Source: Camelus dromedarius | Taxonomy: Eukaryota | Assembly: GCF_036321535.1 (NCBI RefSeq) | Contig: NC_087436.1 | Location: 106,828,001-106,892,000, forward strand | Length of the DNA: 64,000 nucleotides | Reading direction: 5' to 3' | Part shown: positions 37,550-51,879 of the stretch, one piece after another | How positions within the stretch are numbered: position 1 is the first letter of the stretch | Layout of the letters: every line of letters starts with the position of its first letter | The notes under the pieces: generated by a model | Told to the model about the DNA's origin: nothing | The model's input: only the letters and a program-made list of their open reading frames with translations | The model's database searches: none | Program-made: the position numbers and the translations under genes

Positions 37550-38829
37550 CTTCCCACTGGCTAGACATGGTGAAAATGAGATAAGCTTTGGAAGGTATAT
37601 GTTGAGGGTGGTGGAGCCCCTGAGTGAACTTGTGACCTCTCTACTCTGGACTGTTAATCAAGTCAGTATGTATTAGGGATTCTTTGTTACAGAAGCTTAG
37701 CTAGTAACCTAAATAGTTAGGATATTAAAATACACACCCACTGTAATCTGAGTCAAGTCACTTCACCTCATGAAACTTCCTTTCCTAATCTGCTAAATTA
37801 TGAAGTTGGACTAAACAAATCCTATTGCGTCTTCTAGTTCTGACCTTCAGAAATTTATGAAGGCGCAAAAATTTCTCCAAGTGCCCTGCCGTTTCACGTG
37901 TGGATTACAGGTTGAACCATGCTTTAGTCTTCCTCCCGAGATTCAGGGAGCCTCAGCCCAGGAGCCATTTGGAAATGCTCTGCCTTTGGGTGGCACTGAC
38001 TCTCTATAGCTCTTTCATCAGCTATTGAGAAGAATGCCACCAAGACTGCTTTTGTCCTCTGTTCTGCCAATCAACCATTTGTTCTTCCTGAATCTGCAGT
38101 ACCCCTTTTGCATTGCCTTGCATAAATGGGGTGATTCTTTGATTGCCTCTTTTCTAGGCTTTCTGATTTTCTCCATTTTCCTTCCGCAGTCTCTCTGAAT
38201 TTTTTTTTCTGTGTCATGCAAACTCAGTTTTGGGTGCTATTTCATTCCTTCCCAAAGACTAGGGTTGTTTTCCTACTTAATATTCAAGAAGCATTCTTGA
38301 AGCTCATCTCTTTCAAAAAAAGCCCGTGAAACTCTCCAGGGCTCAGCCGATGACTTAACTTCAGGCTTTGTTGTGTCTCTGCATTCGGATTCTTCGTGTA
38401 AACTAGTTCTGAAGCAGGGCTATACGGGCCCCTTTTATCACCCAGTACCTTCAGCATAGCACTGCAATAGATGTGAAACTTACCCAATTACCAACCTTTA
38501 GAGATACTTAGGTGTTTTTCACTATATAATGCAACTAATATGTGAATGTAGTATTATAAATATAGGTGGCAGCCTAAATTGGGCTTTGATGAAATAATCT
38601 ACAAGGTAATATGTGACATCAGAATCTGGGCCCTACTCAATAATAAATAATGGATCCCCCCCGCCCCCAAAAAGAGTAAATTATAGCTATAATAGGGTAG
38701 ATATACCCAAACTTTACTATTACTTTTGCCCAAATTGGAAAGCATTGAGTTCAGTTCTGGTGGAAGATGGACATGTAGCAGGGAGGGCAGAGGAAGCAGA
38801 GCACTCATATTAAGGTGTTTAGGTGGAGC

Positions 38830-39060
38830 AGAATGGAAAAGACCTAGCCCCAAGGACCTGGAGGTGACTCACTACCTCAACTATCTTGAAGAACTCGCTT
38901 TCTCTCTCTCATCTTAGTTTCCTTGACTATAAGGTAAAGACAACAATAATTATCTTTTAAGGACTGCAGAAGGAAATAAACAAAGTAGTGTGTGAAAAGT
39001 CCCCTTAGCTCTGTAGGCATGTGGTAGACCCTCATCAATGTTGGAGTTGTTGTTGTTAAT
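38830..39060 (+). mobile_element. MIR SINE
   Basis: ctctctcatcttagtttccttgactataag...gtaggcatgtggtagaccctcatcaatgttg. Confidence 0.6.
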
Positions 39061-41934
39061 ATCACATAGTTAATTAACACCGACTTGCCCACCTAGACTC
39101 CTACAAATTCCCTAGTCAGAACTGGTGTTTATAAACCAGGAGGCAGGATATGGAATCTCTGAGCTCCAAATGTGGGCCACTCTGTGGTTGTATGAGAGAA
39201 ACGGTCCTTGTGGAAAAAGAACCAAAACAGAAGTCTGAAGAGTCATGTTTACAAACAGCTTTCATGTTAGGCTGGTTAAAATGGTCCTTCATTTTCTCAT
39301 CACAGTCAATATCAACCTTTTCTTTCCTTTTCTAAGTACCTGTCCTACTTATGTCACTGAATTCTTGTCTACTTCTTGCTTCCTATATACCACTTACTAT
39401 ACTCTCTGAAGGCTGCCACATTTGGGTCATGTTTTCAGATGTAAATTCTTCTCCTTTATCTTGCTAAAGCTCTGTCAGGGGACAGCAACTGGAGAAATAA
39501 ACATGAGAAACTCAAAGTCCAAAAGAGAGGAAAGTATATGGAAATATAAAAATAAATACAGAAAGAGAAATTAGGGATAAAATTTGTACAGATGGACTAC
39601 TTTTAGTGTGGCAAAGAGAAAAGAAGACTGACTTTTGCTGTTTCATTTGGTCAAAGATGATAATTTCGATGATTGAATGACATGGTTTGGAGTTATACAG
39701 AGCACATATCTTATTGGATAATTGAAATCTCTCTCACTGACTTTGAGCTAATAGATTCAGTCCTTAAAGCTCAATGCTGTCAAATTCTGGAGTTACAAAT
39801 CAAAAGGAGAAACAGTAATCTTAGGGGAAAAAAAGACTCATTAAACAAAGTAAAAACTTTGTCCTTTGGAAGTTCATAAGTATATTTGGTTGGCCATTGC
39901 TATATAGGAAATTTTTGAATGTTGGTGGCAGTAACGGGGCAGAAATTAATCAGCTGGGGCTGGTTTTAAGAAATGGCTTCAGCCCCTAAGTGGTTTGCCA
40001 AGTTTCTGTTAAACATCTCAGATTACTGAGGACACAAATCAAAATCACTTATCAGCAGTTCTTCTAAATAGCAAGGAACATATATTAAAGAGGCCATGAA
40101 GGAATTTCTAATGAGAAAAAATGCTCCTACTTTTTGAGAAATTAACTGCTCCAATAAATTGCAAAGATAAAGTAGGAAAAGTTATCACAATAATGTCTGT
40201 TGTAATAAAACTAAACTGTACAACTGATAACAGTTAAAATGCCAGAAGGTGAGTTAATGAAATACCATTCTCCTAAAAGCTTCTTTGGTCCTTACTCTGA
40301 AATATAATTCTGACACTCACATATCAAGGATATGGTGGAAGCTATATGGAAATACTGTATATTCACATGTTCTACAGATTCATTACCTATGAGCTTCTGA
40401 ATATATATAAAGTTCAAAAAGCAGAGTATATTAAATGAAACTTTCAGGAAGGTGAAATAAAATCATCCTAGGACCTAAAATTGATTCTTAAAGTGTAAAA
40501 GAGATGAAAGCCATGGAGAGAGAAATCAGTCTGAATTGCTAGCTGGCATTGGAAAATTTCTATCAAAGATGACAGGAACAGGGCAAAGACGGAGTCACTG
40601 AAGTCTTCCTAACACAGTCTGTGGATTCCTGAACATAGGAGAGGCCTGAAGCTTCTGCTATAATTTTCAGCAAATTCCCAGGCAACTTAAATATTGTAGC
40701 AATGTAGAGGAATTCATAAAGATCATGAAAGAGCAGACAAAAAAAAAAAAAATAGAGCAAACCAACAAATAGCACAAGTAGAAACTGGAAAGTAATCTTA
40801 AGTAGGAGACTTTGGGGCTACAAGTTTTACTGTGCATTATTGAACTTCTCCCATACATAGGAACCATCAAAGTGGTCCAGGATGGTGAATATACGTGTGT
40901 ATGTACGTGGAGAGAGAAAGATAAGGGGAAGGGACAAGAGAGGAGAGGGGAGGGAGGAGCAGACCAATTTAAATCGAGAAAACCTTAGAAAGGCAAAAAT
41001 ACTATACGTATGCATGCTCAGACATCAGGCTAAAAATCTCAGGGCCAGCTTCTTGCGACATGGTAAAAGCCAAATGGTCCAGGACATCTTTCAAACAAAC
41101 AGTAGAAGGGAAATTAACAGAGCCTTCTCCAGTTACTATTAGTACCACAGGAGCCAGTCAAGTGCCCTCTACACATAACTATATTCTGACTAATTAAATA
41201 AAAACAACAACAAAAGCAGTGAAACAATTATCCAAGAAATAAATGAAATTGCAATCCACCAAAACTCTCTAAGAAAAGGCATGGAGAAATAGTGCAGACC
41301 ATGACAGAAACAAACCTCTCTGCTCGGCGCCATCTGTGCCACCCATCAGCTGGTAATAATGTGACTCTGAGTAGCAATAGAAATAATCAAAGGAAGAGCT
41401 TTAAGAAGGCATGGCAACACTAATAGGTTCTTTTCTGGGTTTCTGGTCTTTGTTTATGGATAATTATAATTTGGCAAAGTGTTCAGAGGCCCATCATGTG
41501 AATGTCTCCCTTGTGTTTCATTTAAGCAACGGCTCACAAAGAACTTCAGCTTACCACCATGCCAAATAAATGCTTGTAGGAGAAAATCTCCAAACGATAT
41601 GTGGATTTAACATTGTAAGTTGATTTAATGTATCACAGCAATTTCTCCAACCAGATTGCAACATAAGTGTGTTTAATATGTTTATCTGTCCAGGCAATTT
41701 TGGTGATCTTATATATTTGAAACAAATCTTGCTTTCAAGTTATGGCTGTTTAATTTTACCCTATTTTAAACATGGCTTTAATGCACATAAGAAACACTTA
41801 TTCTGAGAATAAGGAGGTATTTTATGAAATGGGCATGAAAACAAAAAAGCTAGCTAAACTACACTCATTTGTATCAAGTCAGCTCTACCTTCAAATATGG
41901 CTTATCTTTTTGTTAGAAACGGATTCTCTGAATA

Positions 41935-42375
41935 TCAATATATCAGCTGGTATTCTCCAGTTGCATGCAACAGAAATGAATTTTGGTTGATTTGAGCAAA
42001 AAATAGAAATTGATTAAGAAGATAGAATTGCTCAATGATTCAAAGGAAGTTGAAGAACCATGTGTCAACAAGGGCAGATAAAGCCGTTCCAGGAATGTAG
42101 GTAACAAGAACTAATGGGCAGTTTCTTCAAAGTGCTATCCTTAGGATGAGTGAAATCTGACCGTTTAAAATCTCTGTGTTGCTCAGCTCAATATTCAAAT
42201 TCCTAGAAGAGAATTTAGTCATGGTCTCGCTTAAATCACTTATCTACCCTTTGCCAGCGGGAAGGCTGAGACACATGTTTGGTCAGTTACCACAACTGTA
42301 GCTAATAAGGGAAATTGAGCTTCTGTTTAAGAAGAAAAGAAAATAGATGCTGGGAAGACATAAAGCAATCCTATG
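41935..42375 (-). mobile_element. Old MLT1-type MaLR LTR
   Basis: ccagttgcatgcaacagaaatgaattttggttgatttgagcaaaa...tcaaattcctagaagag...aagaagaaaagaaaatagatgctggg. Confidence 0.5.
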
Positions 42376-43225
42376 CCTAAATGCATTCATGATTAGAGAT
42401 TAGTGTATAAAAGATTATGAAAAACTCAACATGATGAATAGTTCAGGGATAGTTTATGCTTTTTAAAACTTAATTTATAAAAATTAACTGTTCCATTAAA
42501 AATGATACAGGAAATAATGTTAAATGCATCCATATTGAGCCAATATTAGGGATACACTATATTCTATGGATTAGGTACTGTAATAAGAATTTTAACATGT
42601 ATTATCTCATTAAATTATCACCTAAAATTTCTGTTAAAATTGATATTTCTATTTTGAGCTTATGAAAATTGAGGATCAGAAATTTATGTTGACTTGTTTA
42701 TTGTTATTCCATACATAATTTTTATCCACTTTGGTTATGTTTTTATTATTTGTCCATTTTGGGTGTGCAGAATGACTCCATTGAACTAATGGTTTCAGAG
42801 CACTAACCTTGTTTGTTAGCACTAACTTTCACTAAAGTAAAAACAAAAAATAAGACCTGGGTAATAGTGCAAAAAAGGACACACTGCTGTCATTAGGTAG
42901 CCATCAGTATTGAAACTACATCTGTAAATTTGGAACTTTATCTATAGGATGATGAGTTCAGCATACTGAACACACACTTACCGCCATTCCTTCCAGAAGT
43001 CTCACTAAAATGAGAATAGAATAAAGGTATCTATTCACCAGTAAACCAGAGAGGACAACAAATTTTTGGAACATAGAGAGCAGAAGAGGAGTTAACAAGA
43101 CAGAGAAAGTAGAATGCTGATATATTTTCTAAATTGAAGATGCCATTTATTGTAAGATGCTTCATTAGTTTGTTTTGTTAAGAAAAAATCGTTGCCAAAT
43201 ATAATTATAAATTTATAATTGCAAA

Positions 43226-44041
43226 TGTCCAGTTATACGTTGCTGTCTAACAAACCATCCCAAACTTAGTAGCTTAAACCAACAATAATAATTTCACTAA
43301 TATCTCTCACAATTCTGGGGGGTTGACTGGGCCTGGCTGGGTCAGGATCTCTCAGGCAGTTGTGATCAGAACTGGGGTTAGAATCATCTCAAAGGCTTCT
43401 TCACTCACACAGACAATGATGACTGCTAGCTGTCACCTGAGACTTCAGCTGGGCTTCTTGGTGGAGACACTTACAATACACCTGTTCATGTAGCCTGGGC
43501 TTCCCCATGATAGCTGAGTTATGAAAGCAAACATCCTGAGAGAGAGCTGGGCAGAGCCATGTTACTCTTTATGACCCGTCTTCAAATCACACAGCCTCAT
43601 TTCCACACCACACTCTTGGTTGAGGCAGTCACAACATTTCAACCAGATTCAGTAGCAGAAGACATACACTCCATGTCTACATCAAAGAAAGACAGGGTCA
43701 CAGTCAAAGGGATAAACGGGGAGTTCGAGATTTTCAGATAATAACTAATATATATAAAACAGATGAACAACAAGTTCATACTGTACAGCACAGGGAACTA
43801 TATTGAATATCTCATAGTAACCTATGGTGAGAAAGAATATGAAAATGAATATATTTATTTTCATGTATGACTAAAGCATTATACTGTACACCAGAAATTG
43901 ACACAACATTGTAAACTGACTATACTTCAATAAATACATACAAAAAACCACCACCACCAACAAAAAACACACAAAAAAATAAATAACAGGTGGGATGGAA
44001 GGTATTGTTGCAGCTGTCTTTGGAAAATACAATCTTCTATA
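43226..44041 (-). mobile_element. MLT1 (F/G/H-like) MaLR LTR split by an L1 tail
   Basis: tgctgtctaacaaaccatcccaaacttagtagcttaaac...ggttgactgggcctggctggg...; resumes as gggatggaaggtattgttgcagctgtctttggaaaatacaatct. Confidence 0.8.
43706..43986 (+). mobile_element. Camelid-type L1 3' tail
   Basis: ctgtacagcacagggaactatattgaatatct...ctgtacaccagaaattgacacaacattgtaaactgactatacttcaataaa plus A-rich tail. Confidence 0.9.
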
Positions 44042-44967
44042 ATGCAAATGACCGTAATACAGTTCCCCACATTCAAAAATGTTAGAAAAATTTAAAAATA
44101 TATCTAAGGATCAATAAACATGGTAATTATCTACAGTTGAGAAAATATCCAATGAGAAGCAAACAAGTCCATGTTGCCGGTTCCTAGAAGGCTCAGGAAT
44201 CTGAGGCCTCAGCCACTTTGGAAGTTCTCCTTAAGACCTATAATAGGTTGAACATTTAAAGAAGGAACAGTTAGATTTGTGGAACTCTTTCCTCATCCTG
44301 TATAGCTGGGTAATGATCACCCTCACCTCAGGCAGGAGAAAACTTGCCTTGTGGGGGAATTAAGCCAAGATTCTCAAGATGAGAGGCATAGTACTGAAAA
44401 TAAAGATAGTAAAAAAGTCCACACATTGGACAGTAAGATCCTCATCCTTCCCCTTGTTAGCTCCAAGAACTTTGGGATGGAGCTTAATTTTCATCCTTTC
44501 CCCTCTACTGTCTTTTACCAGCAGTGGATTGGAAGATTCCTCTCTGGAGATATGAGGATGACTGCTAAGCGAGTAGCGCCTAGGAAGTGCACAGCAAAGA
44601 GTGTTATCACCCCAACCCAATCACCCTGCAGTGAAGCCTGGTCACAGGGAACTGCAGTCATCTCTTGAGAGCTTTAACTTTAAAATATGAGTGGGGAGCC
44701 AGGCATCATCAGACATGTACGGAAAACTTCAGCGTGGATATAGGGCCATTGAAACAAATCACACAGAGACATTGTCAAAGAGATAAACAGGGAGCAGAAC
44801 AAACCTTAAAACAAGCAAACAAATCAACCTGAACCTTTAATCTTGGAGAGATAAGAGACAGCACCACATTCCTGAAATAAGAACAGCATTATGTAAAAAG
44901 TAAACAATTTAAAGAACAACTAATGACTTGAAAGGATAGCTTCCATTAAAAACCCAACAGAAATGTC

Positions 44968-45770
44968 ATTTTTAATATTATGATAAAGACATGTAACATG
45001 TAATCTACCCTCAAGTGATTTTTAGGTGTACAATTCAGTACTGTTGTCTATAGGCACAATGTTGTACAGCAGATCTTCCATAACTGGAACTTATTCATCT
45101 CCTATAACTGAAATTTTATACATGTTAATTAGGAACTTCCAATTTCTATCTTCCCCCAGCCCCTGGAAACCACCATATTATTCTTTAATTCTACACTTTT
45201 GACAGTTTTGTATACCTTATATAAGCGGAATCATGCAATATTTGTCCTTCTGTGACTGGCTTATTTCATTGAACATACTGTCCTCAAGGTTAATCCATGT
45301 TGTTGCATATTGCAGGATTTTCTTCTTTTTTAAGGCCGAGTAATATTTGATTGTGTATATATACTACACTTTCTTTATCCATTCATCCGTTAATGGGCAT
45401 TTAGTTTGTTTCTACATCTTGGCTACTGTGAATGACATGGCAATAAACGTAGAACTGCTAATACCTCTTTGGGATTATGATTTCAATTCTTTTGGATAAA
45501 TACCCAGAAGTGGAATTTACAGATCATATGGTAACTCTATTTTTACTTTTTTGTTGAACCTCTATACTGTTCCATAGTGGTTATACTATTTTGCTTTTCC
45601 AACAATAGTGTGCAAGTTTTTCAATTTCATCAATACTTATTATACTTATTGCCTTTTAAAAAAAATAATAACCATGCTTGCATGTGTGAGGTGATATCTT
45701 ATTATGGTTTTGATTTGCATTTCCCCAATGAGCAGTGACATTGAGCATCTTTCCATGTACTCTTTGGCCT
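44968..45770 (-). mobile_element. L1MA-type LINE-1 3' fragment
   Basis: taggcacaatgttgtacagcagatct...tttgtccttctgtgactggcttatttca...tacccagaagtggaat...gatttgcatttcccc; caacag on both flanks. Confidence 0.9.
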
Positions 45771-48700
45771 CAACAGCAGTCTTTAAGAAATAGAATCAAA
45801 AGGTCAACATTTAAAAAAATTTAGATAAGAAAAAAATGTATAATAAATGATAATTCAAGAGGTTAATCATCTGGCTAATATAAATTCCAGAAAAAAGAAC
45901 AAGAAAAATTGAAAAGAGGAAATTATTTAAGAAATATTTCAAGGAAATTTTTCAGAATTGAAGACCCACTGGTGTACAGAACAATGATGAAAAAGGAAAA
46001 GAGTAAAAAATACCCACAGTAAGATATATCATCATAAAGTTTATGAAACTAGAATAAGTTAAGATCCAAAAACTCCCACGGAGGAAAAGAAAAAAACAGG
46101 TCATATGGAAAACTTGCAGAACCAGACCGGCAACTGACATCTTAAGCAAAACTAGAAACTAAATAACAACTGAATAATGCTTTCAAAATCTTGAATACAG
46201 GTTTTTTTTTTTTTTCCCAACAGAAAATTCTATACCTAGCCAACTATCAATCAAATATAACAGTGGAAGAAAGACATTTGTGAACAGGTAATTTTTCAAT
46301 ATATTTATCTCAGGTCACTTTTGTTTTGGCAATTATTCTAGCGTCTCAGATTATATTTCATCAAAACAAAGAGATAAACAAGAGAGAGGAAGACCCAGAA
46401 TTCAGGAAGAAGTGGGTCCATCATCAAGAGAGGAGAAAGGCAGTCTTAGGGCGAGAGCAGCCTCACTGGACTCAGACACAGGTCGAGAATGGAGTGGGAG
46501 CATGGGGACCTTCAGGAAAATGTCTTCAAGGAAAATGGATAAACAGGTAGATACTCTAATGTGCTTGACCATGTGGAAAAGAGAATTTGAAAGTGATCTG
46601 ATACTTCTGAAGAGTTTGTTAAAAAAAAAAAAAAAGAGTGAGAGGAACACAGACAGTTAAGCCAAAATTAATTCGAGAAAATTATTTCAATCTAGAAAAA
46701 AACAAAATATTGCACAGGAAGCGTCACTGAAATCTAGTGTTCAGGAGGGAAAAATAATTACTTAGCAACCATAATGTAAACATTAAGAATTGCTTTATCT
46801 GAGCAAATTTAATATAACTATGTTGGGAGAATGAAAAAATGTAAAGTAGGTGGTGGGGACATTTGGGTGTTGAGTCTCCATATTTCATAACAGGAAGATA
46901 ATAAATAATGTCTGAACTTAATAAACCAAGAAATAGAAATATTAGTATGCTATTGGAATTCAGAATTGAGAGGAAAAGGAGAGGGTTGCTATATTTTACA
47001 TTTGTTTTTAGTCTTGTAGTATTAATTAACTTTTAAAAATGATGCATAGGTATTATATTGATAGAAACAACTTTTAAAAAGGTAAGTAAAGATTTGCATT
47101 TTAGAGAAATACAGCCTGAATTTTCAATTCTCTACTTATTACCTGGTTGCCCACTAGCAAACTGTTTTTCTTCCAGAGTCTCAGTTTGGAGTATGTAATG
47201 TGAAGACAATTAGCAGTTTCCATACAGAATGCTTGAATAAGTTATTTCACTTACTTGTCATGAAGCTCCCATGACTTTTTATGCTCTTATTATTCCCATT
47301 TTACATATGGGAAAAGTGGGGAGCAGAAAGGTTGAGCAATTCGTCCAAGTAAGTATAGTAAATAGGTGATGAAAATGGAATTTAAACTCAGGTGGCAAAA
47401 TACAGAAATAAGTTCAACTCTTGCCATTGCAAAATTAGTTTGGAATTTAAATAAGAGCACCTAGCACTGTGCTTGACAATATACATGTTCAATAAATATT
47501 TATAAGTGAATGAGTGAATGTTCATTGAACAACTTCAATAAGTGCATAAAACACACATAATGATCCATTTTATAATGCTGATGTATTGAACTCACACAGT
47601 AGTTATCCAGACATTACCAGAGTTGTACTGTAGGATTTGGACACTTGGGTTGAAATATATAGCCACACAGCTACTAAAGCATCTACAATTTAATAAATTA
47701 TACTATAACGGCGGTTTACTATTAATTTATACTGCTGCCGAGTTAGAAAAAGTTCGCAGATTGTAAGGGATATTTTTCATTATGAAAGCTCAGGCAGGTA
47801 AAGACATTTCTACTGTTAAATACTAGCCAGGAACTATGTTTTTCAAATCTGTGTTTCAAGAAGGAAATCCTCCACTATCAGTTCTTCCTTCTCATCTTTG
47901 TACTGGATCAATTTCCCTATTGATTATGCTAATATGCGTCACATCAGACTTGCCTCCCAGAAACGAGACTGTCTAGAATTGAAAGTCTGTTAAGGGGTAT
48001 GAATGGATTTCTTATCACCCTGGTTAGGTTGGCTTTTTTACAACATTTTCATCAATTTTTGAAGGAGAATGTTATCAAAGCCAGTTTAGATTACATTTCA
48101 GTCAACAGTTAATTATTATATATCCAAAAAAAGTTCTGCCGTTAGATGTTTAAAATCCTAAATGCCTCAGAGAGAGTTTAAAGAATGACAGCAACACCAC
48201 CAACACAAAATTAAACATTTTTAAAGATGTAAAAGTCTGTAGGAATATTGTGTCAGTCATATGTAGAAATAATGCTGAAGAAATTTGGCTTTTTTAAAGA
48301 CTTAAAAAGAAGTGCTGAAAAGGGGTTTGTTCACTGCTGAGAGGTATTTCATCACCAGATCTAGGAAGTGTAATTTGACACACAGAACTCTTAATTCTCA
48401 GTCCCATGTTTTTCCTTCTCTGCCATATTGCCTCCTATTTTAAAAGTCCCAGTGGATATTATGAAATATAGAATCAAGTTATTAAAGATTATTAAATGTG
48501 AATGTTAAATAAAGAACATTATCACTAGCTACCCATTTATGTCCCCATGATACCCTGTTAAAAAAAATCCCAGGAGTTTAAACAGGAATCTGATTTTTAA
48601 CAATGTCAACCTTTTTTCACCAGACATGTAAACCAACTTCTCATTACTGCTCATGACTACCAAGCTCTTAGAATTGGTTTTGTTTTCATCTGAGCTTTTA

Positions 48701-50414
48701 AAGAATTAGTTCTGAGTGAAGAAAACTGAACTAAGAAATAACCTTGATTTTCACAAGATGGATATTAGGAAAATTTATTTTACCATTTTTTAAAAAAATT
48801 TTTAATTGGACTATCCACACTACCTGAAGTTTCTTTGGAATATATCTTGGCATTTTTTTATAAGGTGTACATTTCAGTGTATATTCATTCTTACCTCTCT
48901 TAGGCAAAAGAAATAAAATCCTGGAATTTCCCTGTAGTACATCAGGGATACTGAACTTGAAGTAATTTTTGGTTTACTTCTTGCTGGTATGAATGGCTGT
49001 TGGGTGCTAATAAAAAAAAATTGGCTTATTGGTCAACAACTTTCAGAAATACATCATGGGTTGGTTTTGCACATACAGAATCTCTTTTCCATTCCTATTA
49101 ATCAAAACATTATCAATTATTATGTCTCCTTTTAGCATTTATTTTAGTTGTCAAGATTCAGGAGGGAACTGTTATATATTAAAAACTGTAGTTAATTTGG
49201 GTCATTCAGGTTAAAACTTACTCGTAACATCATTGTGCAACTGTGACTGCACTTACCAAGAAATCAAAAAGAGGAATTCTGTAAATGTCTTCAGAATGCA
49301 TCTCTTTAAAAGAACATGATATAAAAAGTGTATGTAGGACCACTTCATCTCACAATCTGAACAGACTTTATCACCTTGGATTGCTTCAGGGAAATGAACA
49401 CTGATATTTAAGCAAGTGATTCCTTTGGTCGAATGATTATAAAAAGGAAAAAAAAAAAGGGATCTGGAAAAAGTTCAAAGAGATGGCATCTGACTTTGGT
49501 TCTGCACCCATCCAAATATTACCATGGTTACTGTTTGGGAACATCTCCTAATGGGAAAGTTAATTGACCTAAGACGTGATAGGTTTAGGATATTCTAACA
49601 TTGAGCAGGTTGCTTGAGGATTCAGACTGTATACTGGCTTGCTGCTTGCAAAGCTGGTGAGATGGCTTATTTGAGAGAGATACAGGAGGAGCAGACTAGA
49701 GAAGCAGGAAGATTGCATCATGGCACTCCACAGCTTGCCTTTATAATTTATATACAAGTTGGTGGAAGATCACTGAATCAAGAAAACTTAATTTTGACAG
49801 ATCTGATGTATGGTCTATTTTGGTTAACCAAAAGGAACACATACGTTTACTACATTAGAGAAATTTCCATTATTTTTCTCTCAGCCATGAAAATCGATTT
49901 TGATGTGATTACACTCAGAGCCTGCTTGATATGCCTCTGACAGGACAAAACGGATAGAGACCGTGGGTGGTGCAGAATGTGGGAAACTGTGGTGAAGCTG
50001 GACTCTGTGTCAAACTGAAAATAATAGGATTCGAACACCAATTAGGATAAGTTTTGTGAAAACAGACCTAAAGTAAAATAAATGATGACTGTGTTGTATT
50101 TAAATGGTGGGAAAAAATATGCCCTCCATCAAGTAACCAAGGATTTTTATCATTCTATTTTTGCCATAAGCTTTATCTAGAGAAGCATAAGGGTAGCACT
50201 AATTGTAACCAGTGAATACTTTAGTTATCTCTTTAGTAAAAATATTGAGCCCTCATTATATGCAAGGCATTTATTTAAGAAATCTCTACTGAGGTTTAGA
50301 GTTGATAGAGAAAAAAGTAAGAATTAGAGACTATGTGATGGTAGCTGAAAATTTTATTTCTGTTCCTTTTCAGAGCTTTTCTCTTACTATTTGTAAAACT
50401 ATCCCTACTTTCTG

Positions 50415-51310
50415 TCTTTCATTCAATAAATATTTATTGAGCATCCAAAGGCAAGACATTTATCTAAGTATCTGGGACACAAGAACAAACAAAGTAGACA
50501 GGACTTGTTCTCATGGGGTGTAGAGTCTAGTTGGGAATGCAAACAAGTAAAGAGGAATTACAGTAAATTGTGGTTAAGTGCTGTGATAAAAGAAATGTGG
50601 TGCTCTAAGGGAGTACCCAAGAAGGAATGCCTATTCCAGTAGGGACTTCTTCTGAGATTTACTAAAAGAAATCTTATTTAAATAGTGCCTTAGAGAGTGA
50701 ATAATCTATTCAGTACAAGTTAGTTAATATTAGGGGGCTGAAATAGGAAATCTGTGAGGTGGGAGGATATCAGGAAGAGGAAATAGCATGCTCACGAGTC
50801 AAGAGGGGAGAGAGTGTATGACACAGGCAAACAAGGTGGAGTGCTCATATTGCCTGGAGTGTAGAATGTGACAGGTTGGGTAGAGGGTGGTAATGAAAGA
50901 GAAGATCAGAAGTGTAAATGATGGTCATGTAATTCTGGGGCCATAGGAGAAAACCACGATGAGGGACTCTGACTTTTGCCTGAAGGAGAGAGGGGCTGCT
51001 GGATGGTTTTAAGTAGCAAATATAAATTTAGATTTGCACTTTTGTAAGAATGCTCTGACTACATGGAAGAAAACGGATTGGATGTAAACCAGACTGGGAA
51101 CAGGAAGAAAGTTGGGGACTGTTTCGGTAATCTAGGCAGGAGACGGGGGTAATCTTAGCAGGAATATTGGTAGTGGGTATTGGGAGATGAAGTTGATTGT
51201 AAAGGTTTTTGGCTTTTGATTTGGTGTTCATTATTTTGGAAGATGACTTGTTATGAATATGTAGTTGATTGCATCTGAGGGTTAAGGAAGAGTCAAAATG
51301 ACTGCAGCAA
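50415..51310 (-). mobile_element. L2 LINE
   Basis: ttcattcaataaatatttattgagcatcc...tttagatttgcacttttgtaagaatgctctgact...gaagagtcaaaatgact. Confidence 0.8.
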
Positions 51311-51394
51311 AATAACTAAACATACTATTAGAAGTATCATCAGTTTTACAAGAGGTAGACACAGCTCCTAAGTTCTCCATTTCTTCTTATTTAA

Positions 51395-51510
51395 AAGAAA
51401 GGAAGGAAGGAAGGGAAGGTAGTAGAAGGAAGAAAAGAAGGAAGGAAGGAAGAATGATACAACCAAAGAAACAAACCCTCTCTCTCTCTACATATATATA
51501 TATATATGAA
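51395..51510. repeat. GA-rich low complexity followed by (CT)/(TA) microsatellite
   Basis: Direct read. Confidence 0.85.
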
Positions 51511-51879
51511 AAGTTATTTGTATATAATATATATGTATGTAAACTGGGACTAATTTAGCACAGAGCTAAGGCTAAAAAGCCAGGGGAAAGCAGATTTGCT
51601 GGAAGGTCAGTGATTTTGGTCTCCTGCGTAATCAGCATTAGCACCAAAGCCATTAAAAACCAGTAAGAAGCCGAAGGAGAGCTTGAGCCTGCGGTGTTGA
51701 GCCTAAGTCCTCTGAAGGGTCTGAGATGCTTTCAGGTTTCTGAATTCCATTGACTATTAGCACAAAAACTTCCCAAACCTTTAATTTATGCTTTTAGGGC
51801 TGTAACTCATGAAGTTCAAACAACAAACACATAATTTAACAGAAGAAAGCAATCCCTCATGTCTGAGCATCAGTAAAGA

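Larger units (their letters stand above)
43120..44125. mobile_element. TcMar/Tigger-type MITE split by MLT1
   Basis: aagatgccatttattgtaagatgcttcatt...gcaaa on the left; aaaatgttagaaaaa...ggatcaataaacatggta on the right. Confidence 0.45.
42935..47080 (+). mobile_element. HAL1 / old L1M-type element, long and multiply interrupted
   Basis: 5' part cacacacttaccgccattccttccagaagtctcactaaaatg; ORF1-like remnant ttttcagaattgaagac...aatgctttcaaaatcttg...aattctatacctagccaactatcaatcaa; HAL1-like 3' part at 46330-47080. Confidence 0.6.

Noticed and set aside
38018..38487. Basic, charged minus-strand ORFs that might be a second ancient LINE piece
   Set aside because: No diagnostic endonuclease or RT motif could be read; would need a profile search.
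41326..41345. CTCF-like cgccatctgtgcc
   Set aside because: Only half of the consensus matches; it could equally be an E-box.
49870..49940. Splice-acceptor-like tttttctctcag followed by ccATG
   Set aside because: The ORF closes after 17 codons and no good donor follows; such sites are common by chance.
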